DNA from: an uncultured bacterium
GTDB lineage: Bacteria > Krumholzibacteriota > Krumholzibacteriia > JACNKJ01
Length of the DNA: 64,000 nucleotides
Direction: 5' to 3'
Assembly (NCBI GenBank): GCA_964410395.1
Contig: CAYPGS010000003.1
Location: forward strand, 7,112 to 71,111
Under the pieces are notes generated by a model. That model saw only the letters and a list, made by a program, of their open reading frames with translations. It was not told the DNA's origin and made no database searches. Shown here one piece after another: positions 25,102 to 34,441 of the stretch. A program made the translations under genes and the position numbers. Every line of letters starts with the position of its first letter. Position 1 is the stretch's first letter.

Positions 25102-28100
25102 ATGGAGCATTTCGCAGATCGTTCTGAGTTCGCCGAACTCCTCGGTGAAGGGTCCATGGCGCGGGTCTACGCACTTCGCGATGATCCAACACGGGTCGTC
25201 AAGATCGCATTGGACTCACGCTTCAACGAAACCATGCTCCAGGAAGCCCGTCTGTCGGCGGATCTGGCCCACTCCGCCATCCTTCCCGTGGAGGACTTCG
25301 GCGTCGGAGAAGATGGCCTCGCCTGGATACTGCTTCCCCGTCTCAGCGCTAGGCGGTTGTCTGACAATGGACTGGCGATTCGGGATGCAGTGGAGGTCTT
25401 GAGCCCAGTCGCCGATGCCCTCGACAAGCTGCATGGGTGCGGGTGGATCCATGGAGACGTGAAACCCGAGAACATCCTCGAGGGCCGCGAGGGCTCCTAC
25501 TACCTATCGGACCTCGGGCTTGCGAGGAAAGCGGGCGATCCTCGTGCGGGTGGCACTCCCGCCTATCTTTCGCCTTCGCTCATCGCCGGGAAACCGACGC
25601 GCCCTTCGGACGACCGCCACGCCTTCGCGGTCACTGTCTTCGAAGTTCTGAGCGGGCATCTTCCCTATGTGGAGATAGAGGGAGACAAGCTCCTGCGAGC
25701 CATCACATCCGGAAGCACTCACTCCTTCCAGTCGCTCCGGCAGGGACATCCCCTGGAACTGGATATCCTCTTCGAAGAGGCCTTCAAGGGTGAGGGCCTG
25801 CGGAGGGGGCTTGTCGACTGGATCAACGACCTGAGAGAGGCGCTGGGCATGCAGCCCTGTGCGGCGTCGATAAACTACGTATCTCCCGCCTACCCCCAAT
25901 ACGAGACCGTTCAGAGGATCCGGAAGTGGCTGTCCGTGCCCTTCGAAGGCGAGTCGCTTCTGGGTCGAGCAGTGCTTCTGCGGGAGGGAGGTCGCCGCGA
26001 AGCCGAACTGCTGCGTGAGATTCTCGGTGAGGACCGCCCCCCCTGGATCGATCTCCAGACCGATGCTCCCAGAACCTGGATCGCCGAGCAGGAATCCACC
26101 CGAAGCGCGGATCAGGTCGCGGGAGTTCTACTTGCATCCTCAGGGGAGGTCGACGAGGAGCGGGAGGCCTACCTCTCCCATCGGCCGGACACCCTGCTCC
26201 TGGATCCCGAGCATTGGCGAATCGAATCTCAGGTCGAATACCTCGAGTCCGGGCTCTTCACAATGGCGGACAGGTCGATCCACCTGGGTCATGAGGAGAG
26301 ACGTTTCCTGGTGGAGGCCTCGGGAGGCGATCTGCGCATGGCGGAAGACGCGCTCGCATTCCTGTGCTCGCGCGAGATTCTCAAAGCCGAAAGGGAGCAG
26401 GCGAGATTTGTCGAGGAGTTTTCGAGCTGGGAGTCACGGTGGCGCAACAGGTACCAGTTCCCCAACCTCTCCCGGGGAGCACGCCGCCTGATAGGATTGC
26501 TATCATCTATTGGTGCAGCCTTGAGTCGGGAGGAATGCAGGGAATCGTTGGGCGTCGGCGATGCGTCGCTGGGATTGATCCTCGAGGAACTCCGCGGTGC
26601 CGAACAGCTCGATCTGGTCGAGGAGAATGATCTGCTCCTGCTGCGTCAACATCATGTATCGGAATCTGTCGATTTCAGGCTGAGCGAAAGCTTGTTTCCC
26701 AAGCTCTGGAATCGAACGGCGGACAGGAAGGAGTCCAGATTGAGGATCCTGCTCCAGGCCCTGAGACAGGGTGCGAAGGACTGGATCCTGACCCTCGACA
26801 GCGATGAGATTCTCCAACTCGGCGATGAGGTTTCGCTCTCCGCCCTGACCGGATTCCTAAGAGCATGGGAAGACCCGGAGCTTCCTGGCTCCCTGAGGGT
26901 TCTGGCCTGTGTCGAGAAGCTCAGGAAGGGTGAACTGCCCGGGGCCCTGGCCAGTTTCTGGAACTGCGAGGTCGAGCTTTCCCTGGCCACCAGCGCGGAA
27001 CTCAATCGCCGGTTCTTCCACAGCCTTCAGGACGAGATCAGCGTCGAAGAGGGCTTCGCCTTTCTGGAGCGTTGGCGTGAGGTTCGGGGAAATGAGCTAG
27101 AAGGATCGGAACTCGAGATCCGCATCCTTGCTCGTGAGGTCATTAGCCACGGCCAGTTCGGTTCCTTCGATACGGCGATGGAATTGATTGATGAGGCGCG
27201 GATCCGATTCGCCGGTCGTGACGGTCTCTTCCTGCTCGATTGGGCCGAAGCCGAGGTTCATGGAGAACGGGGAGATCGCAAGGCCGTCGTGGCCGCACTC
27301 AAGCGAGCCTATGAATCAGTGCCCGGGGAAGCGCCGGTGCGCGATCGCTTCTCCCTTTGCGTTCAACTCGCAAGCCATGGACTGAACTCCGACGATCCGG
27401 AGCAAGGGCGCCCCTATCTGGAAAGGTCGGCTGCCCTCGCGGCGGAGTCGGGGGATCCCGAACTGGACTCCTACCTTACCGTGAGACGCGCAGCCTACGA
27501 GAAGAAGATGGGTAACACCCAGGAGGAGATTCGTCTCAGGCTCCTCGCGCTTCGCCAGATTCGCGAGGCCGGGCTCTGGCGGATTCCCATGCTGAACCTG
27601 ACCAATCCCCTCTACGCGCTGCTGCGCCTGGCCGACTACCCTCGCCTCATGCCACTGCACCAGGAGATCGAGCGCCATGTGGAGGTCGCCGACCAGGTAC
27701 TCAGTGCCATGCTGGGGCGAATCGCGCTGGCAAGGGTCAGGTTGGAGCTTGGAGATTTCGACGCTTGCCTTGGGCACATCAACGAGAACCTGGAGTTGGC
27801 CGATGAACTCGGCTCGAGGAGCATCCTCATTCGATCGTTGCTGACGCGAGGTTACCTCTACCGTCTTTTCGACATGCCCACGGAGGCGATGGCGGACTTC
27901 CAGCGCGTGGAGCGCGACCTCCTCGAGGATATCATTTCCAACGATTTCGTGGACCTGAGGCTGGAGATTCTGCAGCTGGGGGATCCGGATCGAGCTGGGG
28001 ATTTCGAGGTAGAGATGGAACTCGAGTCCATCTTGAGGGCCACGGAGGCCTGGAAGGCCGATGTCCATCACATGGAGGCCCGCATCGCACAGGTCGTCCT

Positions 28101-28386
28101 GCGCCGTCTTCGCGGCGATTTCGAAAGCGCTGGATCCGCTCTGGCCGATGCCCTGGACCGGATAGATCCGGAACTGTATCCCACGAAACGTTGGCCGCTC
28201 TATCTGGAGCAGTGCCACCTTCTCGTGGCGCAGGGCGACCAGTCCGGAGCACGAAGGGCCGCCGGGCGGGCCTTGGAGATCCTTGAGGGACTGTCTCGGC
28301 GTTTTTCGGATCCGGACCTGGGCAGTCGCTACCTGGCCCGGCCTGACCGGGCCGCAGCTCTGGAAATGTATCGATCGCTAGCCTAG
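25102..28386 (+). CDS. Divergent Hanks-type Ser/Thr protein kinase with about 800-aa C-terminal helical/TPR-like regulatory region
   Basis: The kinase motifs are LGEGSMARVYAL, VKIALD (Lys), HGDVKPENIL (catalytic loop, non-RD), DLGLA (DFG variant) and GTPAYLSPS (degenerate APE). The remainder is alpha-helical repeat-like sequence. Confidence 0.8.
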   Translation: MEHFADRSEFAELLGEGSMARVYALRDDPTRVVKIALDSRFNETMLQEARLSADLAHSAILPVEDFGVGEDGLAWILLPRLSARRLSDNGLAIRDAVEVLSPVADALDKLHGCGWIHGDVKPENILEGREGSYYLSDLGLARKAGDPRAGGTPAYLSPSLIAGKPTRPSDDRHAFAVTVFEVLSGHLPYVEIEGDKLLRAITSGSTHSFQSLRQGHPLELDILFEEAFKGEGLRRGLVDWINDLREALGMQPCAASINYVSPAYPQYETVQRIRKWLSVPFEGESLLGRAVLLREGGRREAELLREILGEDRPPWIDLQTDAPRTWIAEQESTRSADQVAGVLLASSGEVDEEREAYLSHRPDTLLLDPEHWRIESQVEYLESGLFTMADRSIHLGHEERRFLVEASGGDLRMAEDALAFLCSREILKAEREQARFVEEFSSWESRWRNRYQFPNLSRGARRLIGLLSSIGAALSREECRESLGVGDASLGLILEELRGAEQLDLVEENDLLLLRQHHVSESVDFRLSESLFPKLWNRTADRKESRLRILLQALRQGAKDWILTLDSDEILQLGDEVSLSALTGFLRAWEDPELPGSLRVLACVEKLRKGELPGALASFWNCEVELSLATSAELNRRFFHSLQDEISVEEGFAFLERWREVRGNELEGSELEIRILAREVISHGQFGSFDTAMELIDEARIRFAGRDGLFLLDWAEAEVHGERGDRKAVVAALKRAYESVPGEAPVRDRFSLCVQLASHGLNSDDPEQGRPYLERSAALAAESGDPELDSYLTVRRAAYEKKMGNTQEEIRLRLLALRQIREAGLWRIPMLNLTNPLYALLRLADYPRLMPLHQEIERHVEVADQVLSAMLGRIALARVRLELGDFDACLGHINENLELADELGSRSILIRSLLTRGYLYRLFDMPTEAMADFQRVERDLLEDIISNDFVDLRLEILQLGDPDRAGDFEVEMELESILRATEAWKADVHHMEARIAQVVLRRLRGDFESAGSALADALDRIDPELYPTKRWPLYLEQCHLLVAQGDQSGARRAAGRALEILEGLSRRFSDPDLGSRYLARPDRAAALEMYRSLA

Positions 28387-28447
28387 TGAATCCCCTGGAT
28401 TTACCTGTCCCTGACCGTTACATTCTCCCGTTCCCAGGGAGGCAACA

Positions 28448-29443
28448 GTGATCGACAAATCCAGGCTCGTCGAAACCGGACGGTACATACTCGAACAGAA
28501 GAGGGTGCGGCTCCTGCTGCACAAGCATCCTGACGGCGATGTCATGGGAAGCTGCCTCGCCCTGGCCCGCTTCCTCAAAGCCAGGGGCATCGATGTGGCG
28601 GTGTTCGGGAACTTCGAGGACCGTCCCACCAAGTTCGATTTCCTCGCCGGTTTCGAAAGGATCGAGAAGGGCGACCTGGAAGCGAAGAATGACGAATGTG
28701 CCGGGACCCTCTACATCGTGGTGGACAGCACGGGCGTTGATCGGACGGGATTCGAGGAAGGCGACTTCCAGAAGGTGTTGCGCATCGATCATCATATCAA
28801 CGGACACCACTACGACGATCGTGACCTGGTGGATACCGCCTACGCCGCCACCACGCTGCTCATTGCCGATCTTCTACGCGCCCTGGACGAATCGGCCATC
28901 GACGCCGAAACGGCCACCAGTCTCTACACGGGCCTGATGACAGATACAGGCGGATTCCGTTACAGCAGCACCGATGCCCATGCATTCCTGACGGCGGCCT
29001 ACCTGGTGGAGGCGGGGGCGGATCCGGCGAGCTGTTCGAACTTCGTAAATGATCGGCGGAATTCCCACTATCTGACCCTGCTCTCCCACGCCATCAATTC
29101 GGTGAGTTTCCATGAAGAGGGGCGCATCGCCATGCTGGTCCTGCGTCCCGAAGATCTCCCCGCGGAGGCCAGGCAGGAGTTCGGCAAGGACGAGTTCATC
29201 AATCTTCCCAGGAGCCTCGAATCGGTGCGAGTGGTCGTCCAGATGAAGAAGTCGCCCAAGGACGGGGACTGGAAAGTGGGCTTCCGGGGAAAGGGGGACG
29301 TGAACGTGCAGGCGGTGGCGGCGGACCTGGGGGGCGGCGGACACTTCTCGGCGTCGGGGTGCGAACTGATCGGTCCCGAGGCTGAGGTCCTCGATCGTGT
29401 CCTCGCGCGAACCAGGGAAGCGCTCCGAGAGGCGGGCTACTAA
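28448..29443 (+). CDS. DHH-DHHA1 phosphoesterase (NrnA-like nanoRNase / pAp phosphatase family)
   Basis: The DHH motifs are HKHPDGDVMGS, VVDSTG and IDHHINGHH; the DHHA1 motif is LGGGGHFSASGCEL. The start is GTG. Confidence 0.85.
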   Translation: MIDKSRLVETGRYILEQKRVRLLLHKHPDGDVMGSCLALARFLKARGIDVAVFGNFEDRPTKFDFLAGFERIEKGDLEAKNDECAGTLYIVVDSTGVDRTGFEEGDFQKVLRIDHHINGHHYDDRDLVDTAYAATTLLIADLLRALDESAIDAETATSLYTGLMTDTGGFRYSSTDAHAFLTAAYLVEAGADPASCSNFVNDRRNSHYLTLLSHAINSVSFHEEGRIAMLVLRPEDLPAEARQEFGKDEFINLPRSLESVRVVVQMKKSPKDGDWKVGFRGKGDVNVQAVAADLGGGGHFSASGCELIGPEAEVLDRVLARTREALREAGY

Positions 29444-29486
29444 CTGTCACCTCACTTGACAGCACTGTCTAGAATCCCTTACAGTG
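29444..29486 (+). promoter_or_regulatory. Cluster of overlapping inverted repeats built on a CTGTCA/TGACAG core in the promoter region of the GAF-sigma54 activator gene
   Basis: The motifs are CTGTCA-cctcact-TGACAG (29444-29462), GACAG-ca-CTGTC, and CACTGT-n12-ACAGTG ending 17 nt before ATG 29503. A TTGACA hexamer is embedded at 29456-29461. Confidence 0.45.
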
Positions 29487-29502
29487 CTGTGAGGAGGTCG
29501 AC

Positions 29503-31200
29503 ATGGATTCCCAATCCAAGCCCGATAAGAAACCTCGGCGACCCAAGTCCTTGAGCCGCATGCTCGAGGGAGGCAAGGCTGCGGCCGCGGCCCCCGAGAA
29601 ATCCACCTACGCCCCACCCAGGGAAACCGTGGACGACTGGAGCGAGGCCGCTCTCGATCGCCGGCTGAGCGAAGCCGAACATGAGATGGCTCAGCTGAGA
29701 GAGACGGCCTCCTCGCACCGGAAATTCCTTTCCATCATCGAATCCCAGCCTCACCTCTTCTATGGGGGAGAGCCCGAGCAACTGGTTCACAATACCCTTC
29801 GAATGTCCATGGATCTGGTCGGAGCCGAGCGAGCCGCCTTTTATCGGCTGGACAAGCGTGGTTCCCTACGCCTCAAGCAGACACTTCCCGCCGACCTGAA
29901 GTTCGAGGACATCAGCCGCACTCTGGTCCGGGACACCATGACCCGTCGGATCACGCACTATCACCTCGGCGGAGACGAGGTGAAGGGTATCGAGCGCGAA
30001 AGCGTCCTGCACCTCGGATTGGAAACCGTGGTGGTCGTCCCCCTCGAGGTGAATGACAAGCTCATCGGCGTACTCTATCTCGACGGGAAGAGCACGGGTC
30101 AGTTCAGCACCAGTGACATCCCCACCCTGGAAACACTCACGCGTCTGGCGGCGGCCGCCATGGAGCACCGGGATCAGCTTCTTCAAGCCCGGCAGGAGGG
30201 CCGACGGCTCGAGCTCGAGAACCAGGAACTGCGATCTGTGATCTCCGAGCAGTCGCGACTGGGACGCATCCTCGCCGAGAGCCCGAAGATGCGCAGCGTG
30301 ATACAGCAGCTGAGGCGCATGGTGTCCTTGAAGACCACTGTCCGTCTCGAAGGCGAAACCGGAACTGGCAAGACGCTCATCGCCCGGATTCTTCACGAAG
30401 AGGGACCCTGGGCGACCGGCAGCTTCGTGCCACTCATCGTGAGCGCCATCCCCGAATCCCTGCTCGAGGCGGAGCTCTTCGGCTACGTCAAGGGGGCTTT
30501 TACGGGAGCGATCCAGAACCGCATGGGCCTCATCGAGCAGGCCGACCGAGGCACGCTCTTCCTCGACGAAATCGGCGATCTTCCCTTGGAAATACAGGTC
30601 AGGTTGCTCAACGTGCTCGAAGACGGCGTCCTTCGGCGAATCGGCGACAATCAGGAGCGTCAGGTGGATTTCCGTTTGGTGGTGGCCAGCCACCAGGACC
30701 TCGAGAAACTCATCGAGGAGGGACGTTTCCGCGAAGACCTCTACTATCGCATCAACGTGTTGAAGGTGACGGTTCCGCCACTGCGCGAGCGGGTTGAGGA
30801 CATCCTTCTGCTGGCCGAGGAAAGTATCGCCCTCAGCGCACGCGAGATGAACATCGAGAAACCACGGCTTTCCAAGGACGCCGCCCGCAAGCTCATGGAA
30901 CATCCCTGGCCCGGCAACGTCAGGCAGCTTCAGCGTTGTCTCGAACGCTCGCTGGCAATGCGGGAATCCGGCCCGGTGCTCGAGGCCCGGGAGCTCCTGC
31001 TCGACGAGATCAAGGCCCGTAACCAGCCCAAAGCGCTCAGGGGTGAGAAACTCAAGCCGTACGTGTTCCGCGTGGAGGGCGACTACATCAGAAGCGTGCT
31101 GTCTCGGACCGGAGGCAACATCAGCGCCACGGCCAGGGTCCTTGGAGTATCCCGTCAGACTCTCTACCAGAAGATGCGAGCCCACGACATTCTGCGCTGA
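29503..31200 (+). CDS. Sigma-54-dependent transcriptional activator with N-terminal GAF domain and C-terminal Fis-type HTH
   Basis: A GAF-like sensor domain is followed by the AAA+ sigma-54 interaction domain ([19 protein letters not shown]; the GAFTGA motif appears as KGAFTGA), then a C-terminal HTH ([22 protein letters not shown]). An AGGAGG-like RBS (gtgaggaggtcgacATG) precedes the start. Confidence 0.85.
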   Translation: MDSQSKPDKKPRRPKSLSRMLEGGKAAAAAPEKSTYAPPRETVDDWSEAALDRRLSEAEHEMAQLRETASSHRKFLSIIESQPHLFYGGEPEQLVHNTLRMSMDLVGAERAAFYRLDKRGSLRLKQTLPADLKFEDISRTLVRDTMTRRITHYHLGGDEVKGIERESVLHLGLETVVVVPLEVNDKLIGVLYLDGKSTGQFSTSDIPTLETLTRLAAAAMEHRDQLLQARQEGRRLELENQELRSVISEQSRLGRILAESPKMRSVIQQLRRMVSLKTTVRLEGETGTGKTLIARILHEEGPWATGSFVPLIVSAIPESLLEAELFGYVKGAFTGAIQNRMGLIEQADRGTLFLDEIGDLPLEIQVRLLNVLEDGVLRRIGDNQERQVDFRLVVASHQDLEKLIEEGRFREDLYYRINVLKVTVPPLRERVEDILLLAEESIALSAREMNIEKPRLSKDAARKLMEHPWPGNVRQLQRCLERSLAMRESGPVLEARELLLDEIKARNQPKALRGEKLKPYVFRVEGDYIRSVLSRTGGNISATARVLGVSRQTLYQKMRAHDILR

Positions 31201-31476
31201 TCGTAGGGCCACCTGGCAACTTGTCCGAGATCCCGTACAATCGTGGATGTGGAAATCCAGGCCAAGATCGACTGCATCGGTAAAGGCTTGATCCTCCACT
31301 CATTGACGACTCCCTGGACCTGGGACCGGAGGCACGGCCCTTGCCATATCCTCACTGTGCCGGGTGCGAGGAGGATGGGATCGAGGCGGATGCTCTCGTG
31401 GCGAGACACCGCATCCCGCCTAATCTCTGGTCACGCAAAAGCTTTCAGAAACCCCCCAGGGTTCGCTGAGATGCTT

Positions 31477-31510
31477 GACGGACGGGGCAAAGCGCCCCGT
31501 CCGTTTTCTA
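31477..31510 (+). terminator. Rho-independent terminator downstream of the sigma-54 activator gene
   Basis: The stem acggacgggg/ccccgtccgt with loop caaagcg is followed by ttttct. Confidence 0.6.
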
Positions 31511-31520
31511 TTGGACGCCA

Positions 31521-31540
31521 CTGTCAAGCTAGCTTGACAG
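31521..31540 (+). promoter_or_regulatory. Perfect 20-bp palindrome CTGTCAAGCTAGCTTGACAG (same CTGTCA/TGACAG half-sites as at 29444-29462)
   Basis: It is an exact inverted repeat with an embedded TTGACA, located between the activator terminator and a TATAAT box at 31590-31595. Confidence 0.45.
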
Positions 31541-31601
31541 TTTCTCGAAGACGAGGGGGTGGGGCCTAATTGCCCCGAAACATGGAGATTATAATGCCAT
31601 G

Positions 31602-31842
31602 ATTATCAATGGGTTACACCTGCGTATCGAGGGGCCTTGAAGTCGCTAAACCGGCATGCCCCTTGCGGTAAGCCCTGCGGGGGTGACTCCCCCCCATTCA
31701 GCCGTTCGCCGGGTCCATCCTCCGGCGAGCATCCGGCATGGCGCTTCGGCGTCAGTTCTGAGCGATTGCGGTTAGTGGCTTAGAGCTGGGCGGGTCCCAT
31801 GGGCCTGCCCTCTAGGGCGGGTTCTTCGGAACCTGCCCTTTT
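31602..31842 (+). ncRNA. Candidate ~240-nt structured small RNA or long terminated leader upstream of the atp operon (unclassified)
   Basis: A TATAAT box at 31590-31595 is followed by a GC-rich region with several local hairpins (for example ggggg-tgact-ccccc) and no ORF with an RBS. The region ends in a strong terminator with a UUCG tetraloop immediately before atpZ. Confidence 0.3.
31805..31842 (+). terminator. Strong rho-independent terminator/attenuator immediately upstream of the atp operon
   Basis: The stem gggcgggttc/gaacctgccc (10 bp, one G-U pair) has a TTCG tetraloop and is followed by ttttttcttttttc. Confidence 0.7.
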
Positions 31843-31943
31843 TTCTTTTTTCAGAGATGAAGCAAGGAATCGGGCTTGAACATCCTCAATGGAGACACTA
31901 TTCTGTGGCCGCTTTTCAGGAATTCCCTTTCCCAAACGATATC

Positions 31944-32231
31944 ATGGACCAATCCCGAAAACCTCTTGGGAAGTTAAGGGGCTGGGTCCGGAAACGTTCG
32001 AGGGAATCTGCCTCGGCCTCTCTGACCCACCTGGGTCTCACCTATGCTCTTGCGGTGATCGTCTACGGACTGGGAGGCTGGTGGCTCGACAAGCGTCTGG
32101 GCTCGCAACCTTGGTTCACCTTGCTGGGAGTGGCTTTGGGCGCTTTGGGGGGATTCATCTGGGTCTATCGGGAAGTGATGCGGACGAGCGACGCATCGAA
32201 GGACGAGCAGGAAGAGGAGCATAAGCCGTGA
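31944..32231 (+). CDS. atpZ: AtpZ/AtpR-like small membrane protein (putative F0F1-ATPase subunit, two TM helices)
   Basis: The product MDQSRKPLGKLRGW...LGLTYALAVIVYGLGGWWLDKRLGSQPWFTLLGVALGALGGFIWVY has two TM helices and sits upstream of atpI, as in many atp operons. The ORF track starts at 31857 inside the terminator T-run; ATG 31944 is preferred. Confidence 0.55.
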   Translation: MDQSRKPLGKLRGWVRKRSRESASASLTHLGLTYALAVIVYGLGGWWLDKRLGSQPWFTLLGVALGALGGFIWVYREVMRTSDASKDEQEEEHKP

Positions 32232-32641
32232 GCGGCAGGATCCGAATCTTCCTGGCAGGACTGGCCGGCATGGCCATCGTCTTCACGCTTCTCGCCTTCG
32301 CCATGGCGCAGTCCAGAGGCGAGGGGGCGCTCTCGGCGGCACTGGCCGCCGTCTGGCTCGGAGCGCTGGTCGCGGCCTGGGGCTACTTCCAGATGCGCCG
32401 CGCCCTGGGCATGGGCAACCTGGATTTCCTGAAAGCGTTTTTCGGTGGACTGGCCCTGCGCTTCGCGATTCTCATCCTGGCGGGTCTTGCAGTTCACTTC
32501 GCGACGGCTTGGGACATCTACGTCTTCATGGTGAGCCTGGCCTTGACATATCCGCTCTATCTGGGATTCGAAGCCTGGAGGATCAGCGGAGAGACGCCCG
32601 GGAAGCGGAGTGCCTCCGAGGACACTCCACAGCGAGGTTAA
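32228..32641 (+). CDS. atpI: ATP synthase protein I-like membrane protein
   Basis: It is a four-helix hydrophobic protein located between atpZ and atpB, overlapping the atpZ stop. Confidence 0.6.
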   Translation: MSGRIRIFLAGLAGMAIVFTLLAFAMAQSRGEGALSAALAAVWLGALVAAWGYFQMRRALGMGNLDFLKAFFGGLALRFAILILAGLAVHFATAWDIYVFMVSLALTYPLYLGFEAWRISGETPGKRSASEDTPQRG

Positions 32642-32644
32642 AAC

Positions 32645-33586
32645 TTGTTCTTCGCGAGCAGCACAGGTCACGGTGGGGACGGGCACGAAGCGGTCGCTCA
32701 GGAGGCCGCGCACGCCGCCGAGGGCGCCCACGGGGCGGCCCACGCAGCGGAGCACGGAGCCGAGCACGCCAGCGGCGTCGATCCCATGAGCCACATCGTC
32801 AATCACGACTACTGGGAGCTGACCCACTCCATCAAGGTGGAGTTCCACGACTGGATCGCGGCCAAGATCCCCATCCTGCAGAACAATCCCCTGGGCATCG
32901 ACTTCACGCCGACCCTTCACGTGATCATGCTGTGGATCGCGGCCGTGGTGCTCTTCATCCTGCTGCGCAGCATCGCGAACCGCGAGAAGGCCATGGTGCC
33001 CAGCGGTCGCCTGCGCAACTTCTTCGAGGCCATCATCGTCTTCCTGCGCGACGAGGTCGTCTACAACATCATGGGCGAGAAGCATGGTCGGCGATTCCTG
33101 CCCTACCTGCTCACCGTCTTCTTCTTCATCCTGTTCACGAACCTGCTGGGCATGATTCCGTCCATGGCCACGGCCACGGGCAACATCAACGTGACAGCCA
33201 CCCTGGCCATCTTCACCTTCCTGATGACCCAGGTCTCCGGCATGCGCGAGAACGGCTTCGTCGGACACTGGAAGGCCCTCGTACCGCCCGGCGTGCCCTT
33301 CTTCCTCATCCCCATCATGATTCCCATCGAAATCATGGGGATGTTCACCAAGCCCTTCGCACTGACCGTCAGGCTCTTCGCGAACATGATCGCGGGGCAT
33401 ATCATCATCCTGAGCTTCTTCAACCTGATCTTCGCACTCGGGAACATGCCCTACCTGGCTCCTCTGCCCTTCGCGGGCGCCGTGGCCATCAGCGCTTTCG
33501 AGATCTTCGTGGCCTTCCTGCAGGCCTTCATCTTCACCTTCTTGTCTACGATTTTCATTTACCAGGCGGTCCATCCGGAACACTAG
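32645..33586 (+). CDS. atpB: F0F1 ATP synthase subunit a
   Basis: It contains the conserved stator Arg region TVRLFANMIAGHIIILSFFNL and the C-terminal QAFIFTFLSTIFIYQA. The ORF track starts at TTG; an alternative start is MSHIVNHDYW at about 32786. Confidence 0.9.
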   Translation: MFFASSTGHGGDGHEAVAQEAAHAAEGAHGAAHAAEHGAEHASGVDPMSHIVNHDYWELTHSIKVEFHDWIAAKIPILQNNPLGIDFTPTLHVIMLWIAAVVLFILLRSIANREKAMVPSGRLRNFFEAIIVFLRDEVVYNIMGEKHGRRFLPYLLTVFFFILFTNLLGMIPSMATATGNINVTATLAIFTFLMTQVSGMRENGFVGHWKALVPPGVPFFLIPIMIPIEIMGMFTKPFALTVRLFANMIAGHIIILSFFNLIFALGNMPYLAPLPFAGAVAISAFEIFVAFLQAFIFTFLSTIFIYQAVHPEH

Positions 33587-33641
33587 CCGGGGGATCAAAC
33601 CGGGCTTCGGCCCACACATTTCAGTTCGGAGGAAAGAAAAG

Positions 33642-33884
33642 ATGCTTCCCTTCTTCGCGCTCAACGCCGCTCATCTCGCCGCTGGCTTCGGCGCCGGCAT
33701 CGCCGTCATCGGTGCGGGCTACGGCATCGGCAGGCTGGCCTCCTCGGCCATGGAGGGCATGGCCCGTCAGCCCGAGGCCGCCGGCGACATCCGCGGCGGC
33801 ATGATCCTGGCCGCGGCCCTCATCGAGGGCGTGGCGCTCTTCGCGCTGGTGATCTGCATCATCCTCGCCGGCAACGCCGGTTAG
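33642..33884 (+). CDS. atpE: F0F1 ATP synthase subunit c
   Basis: The 80-aa hairpin proteolipid GAGIAVIGAGYGIGRLASSAMEGMARQPEAAGDIRGGMILAAALIEGVALFALVICIILAG carries the conserved carboxylate E. Confidence 0.9.
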   Translation: MLPFFALNAAHLAAGFGAGIAVIGAGYGIGRLASSAMEGMARQPEAAGDIRGGMILAAALIEGVALFALVICIILAGNAG

Positions 33885-33907
33885 CCACGCTCGAGAAAGG
33901 GACGACC

Positions 33908-34441
33908 ATGGTCGCCACAAATTCCATGGGGCCTCTGTTCTTCGCGGCTGGTGGGCTGCTCGATCCCGATCCGGGATTGATCATATGGACGGTTCTCACC
34001 TTCCTGGCCCTGCTCTTCCTGCTCAGCAGGACGGCATGGAAGCCCATCATCGACGGGCTCGATCGCCGCGAGAACAACATCCGCAACTCCCTCGAGGAGG
34101 CGGAGAAGGCCCGTGAGGACGCCCTGAAGCTCATCGAGGAGCAGAAGGACGAGCTGAGCAAGGCCCGTGATGAGGCGCAGGACATCATCGAGAGGGGCAA
34201 GGCCCAGGCCGGGACCATGCGCGACGAGATCGTCGCCAAGGCCCAGTCCGAGGCCGAGCAGACCCTCGAGGCCGCACGCCGCGAAATCGAGGTGCAGATC
34301 GGCCAGGCCCGCGAGGAGCTTCGCCGCGAGGTCGTCGACCTCAGCGTCGAGGTGGCGGGCAAGGTCATCGGACGCACCCTCGACGATGAGGACCACAAGC
34401 GACTGGCCGGTGATTTCCTTCGGGAGATGAAGGGGCACTGA
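33908..34441 (+). CDS. atpF: F0F1 ATP synthase subunit b
   Basis: An N-terminal TM helix is followed by a long charged helix (EEAEKAREDALKLIEEQKDELSKARDEAQDIIERGKAQA). It sits in the canonical operon position. Confidence 0.8.
   Translation: MVATNSMGPLFFAAGGLLDPDPGLIIWTVLTFLALLFLLSRTAWKPIIDGLDRRENNIRNSLEEAEKAREDALKLIEEQKDELSKARDEAQDIIERGKAQAGTMRDEIVAKAQSEAEQTLEAARREIEVQIGQAREELRREVVDLSVEVAGKVIGRTLDDEDHKRLAGDFLREMKGH

Noticed and set aside
25052-25402. 116-aa plus-strand ORF starting inside the terminator hairpin upstream of the kinase
   Set aside because: It begins within the terminator stem-loop, overlaps the kinase gene in another frame, and has no RBS.
31243-31569. 108-aa plus-strand ORF in the intergenic region after the sigma-54 activator gene
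   Set aside because: It spans the activator terminator and the palindromic operator and has no RBS. Its translation is Arg/Trp-rich, typical of a non-coding GC-rich frame.
31600-31856. Possibility that the structured intergenic region is RNase P RNA, tmRNA, SRP RNA, 6S RNA or a known riboswitch
   Set aside because: Hallmark motifs are absent on inspection: no GGAAAGUCCGGGCUCC or ACAGAACCCGGCUUA for RNase P, no tRNA-like 3' end or tag reading frame for tmRNA, no GGAAGCAGCC-type SRP motif, and no common riboswitch cores. It is left as an unclassified candidate.
31164-33664. 499-aa minus-strand ORF and other long antisense ORFs across the atp operon (also 35678-37039 and 37324-38865)
   Set aside because: They are antisense to unmistakable atpB/E/A/G/D genes. 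Their translations are low-complexity.
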